From positions 1 through 27,850 of IMG/VR virus record IMGVR_UViG_3300005805_000367: a stretch of 27,850 nucleotides of DNA; one strand, given 5' to 3'. A program made the translations under genes and the position numbers. How positions within the stretch are numbered: the stretch's first letter is position 1; each line of letters opens with the position of its first letter. Positions 24,248 through 27,850 of this stretch are shown here, one piece after another. The stretch comes from a virus (lineage: Duplodnaviria > Caudoviricetes). The notes under the pieces were generated by a model. That model did no database searches and was not told the origin of the DNA. It saw only the letters and a list, made by a program, of their open reading frames with translations.

Positions 24248-25782
24248 TGACTATCATCACTCTTCCTGATGGCCGAGAGGCCGAGTTTCCTGACAGCATG
24301 AGTGCTGCCGAGATTGAGGCAGTTCTACGCAAGCAATTCCCAAAACAAGAGTCTAAAGCGCAAAGGGCCGCTGGTGTTGTTGGTAGAGCTATTGCACCAA
24401 CAGTGACGGGGGCGCAAATAGGTAGCCGATTCGGGCCTGGTGGTACGTTAGTTGGAAGTGCAGCTCTCCCATTGGGTGATTTACTGAATACGATACTCAA
24501 CTTGGGCTATGAACCGCTAACTGGGCGCAAACTGCAAATGCCGTCGCAGATAGCACAAAGGATGATGACTCAAGCCGGAGTTCCTGCTGCGCCTGAAACA
24601 CAGACCACGGAAGAGAAAATTGCGTCTGCTGGCCTAACTGCTGGAGCAAGTATTCCGCAACAAGTTAAGGCTTTTGCAACATTGGGAACTCAAGCAGGCA
24701 CTCAGCTTGGTAGGGAGCTGGCTAAGAAGTTTGCTGCTGCGCCAGAGGTTCAGGCTGTTGCCGCTCCTGTTGCTGGCGTGGCTGGAGAAACAACCATGCA
24801 GGCGACAGACAACCCGTTGCTAGCACAGTTGGCTGCTGTGGCCGCTGGCGGCGCAGCTGGGGCTCGTCCAAAACAACGGTTTGAAGCGCCCAGTTCACAG
24901 ACCCTGGAAAATATTGCGGCAGACCGATATCAAACTCTATCTAGCTCAGGTATTAAGCTCGACACAAACGCATTTACCGCTGATATGGGGAACATATCCA
25001 AGAATCTGCGGGCCGAGGGATATACGCCAAAAGCGTATCCAAAGGTTGCTGGTGCTATTGAGGAGCTAACAAGCAAAGATCAGCCAAAAGACTGGACTGA
25101 ACTACAGGCCCTCCGCAAGATGATTAAGGGAGGCCAAAAGAGTGCAGATTCAGAAGAGCGTCGTATCTCTTCAATCTTGTTGGATGAGTACGATAACTAT
25201 TTGATGAATGTTGACCAGTCTAAGATTATTGCCGGTCAAGGTAAGGATGTAGGCTCTACATGGAAAGAGGCTAGAGACGCATATTCAAGGATGAAGAAGG
25301 CAGAGGTATTTGAAGACATCCTTGAGACTGCCAAGCTAGATAGAAGCAAGTTCACGATGTCTGGCGCAGAAAACTCTATGGCTCAGCAACTTCGCAATCT
25401 TGCCAAGAACGACAAGAAGATGAGGCTGTTCACCAAAGATGAGCAAGACGCAATTCGTAAGGCTGCTGAGGGCGGGACTGTTCAAAATCTCTTGAAATTT
25501 TTCGGGCGATTCGCGCCAACCGGCCCTGTTTCAACAATCCTGCCTGCCGGAGTTTCTTTTGCCTCGCCAGCCATTGGCCTACCGATGACTGCTGCAACAG
25601 CAGGGTCAAGGGTGTTGGCTTCGCAAATGAGAGAAAGCTCTATCAGAGATCTAATCAATCAAATGCGCCTAGGTCAACAACCTCCTGTAACTGGAGGGAT
25701 GTTGCGTAACGTACCAGTAACAGCTACCAGGGGACTGCTATCTCAGCAGCAACTGGATGAAGAATTGAACCAATATCGCTGA
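24247..25782 (+). CDS. DNA ejection protein (P22 gp16-like position)
   Basis: TAATG overlap. LPDG...EFPDSMS..EI N-terminus and Ala/Gly hydrophobic segments. Confidence 0.7.
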   Translation: MTIITLPDGREAEFPDSMSAAEIEAVLRKQFPKQESKAQRAAGVVGRAIAPTVTGAQIGSRFGPGGTLVGSAALPLGDLLNTILNLGYEPLTGRKLQMPSQIAQRMMTQAGVPAAPETQTTEEKIASAGLTAGASIPQQVKAFATLGTQAGTQLGRELAKKFAAAPEVQAVAAPVAGVAGETTMQATDNPLLAQLAAVAAGGAAGARPKQRFEAPSSQTLENIAADRYQTLSSSGIKLDTNAFTADMGNISKNLRAEGYTPKAYPKVAGAIEELTSKDQPKDWTELQALRKMIKGGQKSADSEERRISSILLDEYDNYLMNVDQSKIIAGQGKDVGSTWKEARDAYSRMKKAEVFEDILETAKLDRSKFTMSGAENSMAQQLRNLAKNDKKMRLFTKDEQDAIRKAAEGGTVQNLLKFFGRFAPTGPVSTILPAGVSFASPAIGLPMTAATAGSRVLASQMRESSIRDLINQMRLGQQPPVTGGMLRNVPVTATRGLLSQQQLDEELNQYR

Positions 25783-25804
25783 GGAGCGAATCATTGAATG
25801 TGGC

Positions 25805-26293
25805 CTAACCCAAGCGAGCAAAGTCTCCATGCAACTCAAGAGCAGCCTTTTTGTACGCCTCATGAGCGTCTTGTGCTGTGGGGAAGCAACCGAGATGGAT
25901 ACTTTTGTAGTTGACGGTTATTGAGGCGTTGTAGTTGTGGTTTCGCTTGTTATAAAAAACGCCCTTGAAGCCACTGGTGTTTGTGGATCTCAGTTTTGTA
26001 TTGCGATTGTTTTGTGCGTTGTTTGCCTCACGCAAGTTTGACAACACATTGTTTGACCTATCTCCATCAATATGATCTATCTGCTCAGGCCAACGTCCAT
26101 GAAACATCATAAAGATGACCCTATGAGCGTAGTACTTTTTCTTACTGATCGTTACCTCATGGTATCCGTTGCTTTTCTTGAGTCTGCTCGCCTGCTTGCC
26201 TTGAAGTTTGTTGCCCCTGCGGTCAACCTTCCAAAACAAGAGGCCATCTCGGTATTCAAAAAGATCATTGAGGATTTGTTGAGTAAGTTCCAT
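25805..26293 (-). CDS. HNH-AP2 homing endonuclease
   Basis: AHRVIF...IDHIDGDRSNN..NLR, then NTSGFKGV...HLGCF.TA..A..AY...LHGDFA (AP2 domain). Confidence 0.94.
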   Translation of the reverse strand: MELTQQILNDLFEYRDGLLFWKVDRRGNKLQGKQASRLKKSNGYHEVTISKKKYYAHRVIFMMFHGRWPEQIDHIDGDRSNNVLSNLREANNAQNNRNTKLRSTNTSGFKGVFYNKRNHNYNASITVNYKSIHLGCFPTAQDAHEAYKKAALELHGDFARLG

Positions 26294-26301
26294 GACACAC
26301 C

Positions 26302-26402
26302 AAAGAAAAACCCCCTAAGCATCCGTAGTACCAGTACGAACACTCAGGGGGCAGCCCATGGCTTAGAGCTATTAAGGTCTGGTACACCCAAGTTCTAAGC
26401 CT
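26302..26402 (-). ncRNA. Two-hairpin leader/attenuator with complementary loops
   Basis: On the minus strand, hairpin 1 GGCTTAGA...TCTAAGCC has loop GTACCAG. Hairpin 2 is a 17-bp stem with loop CTGGTAC, followed by TTTTTCTTT. Confidence 0.65.
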
Positions 26403-26408
26403 GCACAC

Positions 26409-26437
26409 ATTCTGACACACAGCAATTGCACAGTCAA
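26409..26437 (-). promoter_or_regulatory. Promoter for HNH-AP2 leader
   Basis: TTGACT - 17 nt - CAGAAT with extended TG on the minus strand. Confidence 0.6.
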
Positions 26438-26479
26438 CAAGCACCAAATAAAATTCGCTAGACGATCAAGGAGTTAAAG

Positions 26480-27850
26480 ATGGCACGCACCAAGATTTCA
26501 GAATTTTCGTCCACTCCAGGCAACAATACGGATATTGATGGCATCAACGTGGCGGAGGGTTGTGCCCCGAGTGGTATCAATGACGCTATCCGTGAGTTGA
26601 TGGCTCAGCTCAAGGACTTCCAGGCGGGCACTGCTGGCGACTCATTCAACGGGCCTGTTGGGACTACCACCGCTGCTGCTGGTGCGTTCACGACACTGAG
26701 TGCCTCGAGCACAGTGTCTGGGGCCGGGTTCTCTACCTACTTGGCAAGCCCTCCTGCGATTGGTGGGACTGCTGCTGCTGCTGGATCGTTTACCACGCTG
26801 AGCGCCTCGAGCACGGTAACCCTGTCTGGCGGCACTGCAAACGGTGTTGCTTACCTGAACGGGTCTAAGGTAGTTACCACTGGGTCTGCGCTGACGTTTG
26901 ATGGGACTAGATTTTTTGTTGGCACAACGGCAGTTACAACTTCCTCGACCCAATCTGGCGAGGTGTATAGCACAGGTGCTTTGGGCTTTTTGTTTACCAA
27001 TACCACTGCGGCCAACTATCCGCTTTCGGTTAAGAACGAAGGCACTTCAGGCACTCGGAACCTCATTAACTTTTATGAGGGAACGGCTGGTGGAAATGCA
27101 AGGGCCAACTTATCTTTAGATGGTTCGAACAATTTTTCCATCACATCGGCAAACTCAACTGTTTTTAATGCAAGTGGCTCCGAAGGTATGCGCCTGACCA
27201 GCACAGGGCTTGGGATTGGGACGAGTTCGCCTGATACAAAGTTTACTGTCAATGCAAACGCGGGAGCTGCTGGAGTCCCTGTAGCTTGGCTACACAATTC
27301 TGGTAATGTCGCTGACTACGATGGTGTGGTTATATCATGTGTCAACGATGGCTCTGATGCGGAGGTGTTGCACGTTAGAACCAACAACACAACCTATAAC
27401 AATGGCACAAGTTTGATGTTGGTTCGCGGAGATGGCAACGTCGGGATTGGGACGAGTTCGCCGGGCCAGAAATTAGCAGTCAACGGGGACGCCTTTATTG
27501 GTACAAATTTATTTATTGGCAACGCAGCGGGATCAATGGTTGGTGCTACGGCACCATCATTGTATTCACCTGCGAGTGGAACACTCGGCATCTCTACGGC
27601 AGGCGTAGAGCGCCTTCGCCTCGACTCCTCCGGCAACCTCGGTCTTGGTGTTACACCGAGTGCTTCGACGATTGCTCAATTTGAGGGCGGCTCTAATTTG
27701 CTGATGGTTGGTCGAGGCAATGCGTATTTCAGCAACAATGCCACGTTTAACAGTTCCTTCAAGTATATCAATACTGCCGCCGCAGGCCAATATCTGATAA
27801 GCGGTGCAACCCATTACTGGTACACCGCCCCCTCCGGCACAGCAGGCAAC
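26480..27850 (+). CDS. Tail fibre protein, 3'-truncated (not in ORF track)
   Basis: AAGGAG SD and ATG 26480, open to the window end. MARTKISEFSSTPGNN...EGCAPSGINDAIRELMAQL anchor, then repeated G(N/L)(V/L)GIGTSSP and ERLRLDSSGNLGLG modules. Confidence 0.88.
   Translation, partial: MARTKISEFSSTPGNNTDIDGINVAEGCAPSGINDAIRELMAQLKDFQAGTAGDSFNGPVGTTTAAAGAFTTLSASSTVSGAGFSTYLASPPAIGGTAAAAGSFTTLSASSTVTLSGGTANGVAYLNGSKVVTTGSALTFDGTRFFVGTTAVTTSSTQSGEVYSTGALGFLFTNTTAANYPLSVKNEGTSGTRNLINFYEGTAGGNARANLSLDGSNNFSITSANSTVFNASGSEGMRLTSTGLGIGTSSPDTKFTVNANAGAAGVPVAWLHNSGNVADYDGVVISCVNDGSDAEVLHVRTNNTTYNNGTSLMLVRGDGNVGIGTSSPGQKLAVNGDAFIGTNLFIGNAAGSMVGATAPSLYSPASGTLGISTAGVERLRLDSSGNLGLGVTPSASTIAQFEGGSNLLMVGRGNAYFSNNATFNSSFKYINTAAAGQYLISGATHYWYTAPSGTAGN

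Noticed and set aside
26480-27850. Diversity-generating retroelement or invertible shufflon at the tail fibre
   Set aside because: No reverse transcriptase, TR/VR pair or invertase in the window, and the repeats are direct. Sequence beyond the window cannot be assessed.
1-27850. Alternative genetic code
   Set aside because: Core genes are full length under code 11, and TAA, TGA and TAG all appear as stops.

Overview
The window is most of a dsDNA tailed-phage genome. Its gene order is lambdoid/P22-like and it encodes a short-tailed (podovirus-type) virion. In order: (1) the end of a rightward operon (metallophosphoesterase fragment and a small membrane protein, 1-416). (2) A leftward early recombination module (Erf-family annealase, YqaJ/lambda-exonuclease, small ORFs, 369-3585). 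(3) A divergent control region with no recognisable cI/cro (3586-3808). (4) A Cys-rich secreted mini-protein, then a structured RNA leader and a DUF1376/YdaU-type replication initiator with internal 11-bp iterons. (5) A nin-like region and a Q-like regulator (4804-7193). (6) A cluster of very basic small proteins plus a HiPIP-like protein. (7) Terminase, portal, a Pro/Glu-rich orphan, scaffold, major capsid, adaptor, nozzle, ejection proteins and the start of a tail fibre that runs off the window. Three free-standing HNH endonucleases sit in the late region. The most striking unexplained signals are non-coding: a kissing-loop attenuator-like leader before the HNH-AP2 gene, a 3-way-junction leader whose loop can pair with the replication gene's SD, and terminator hairpins placed directly on start codons. 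No integrase, tRNA, rRNA or CRISPR array was seen. Protein family calls come from motifs recognised by eye, not from database searches.
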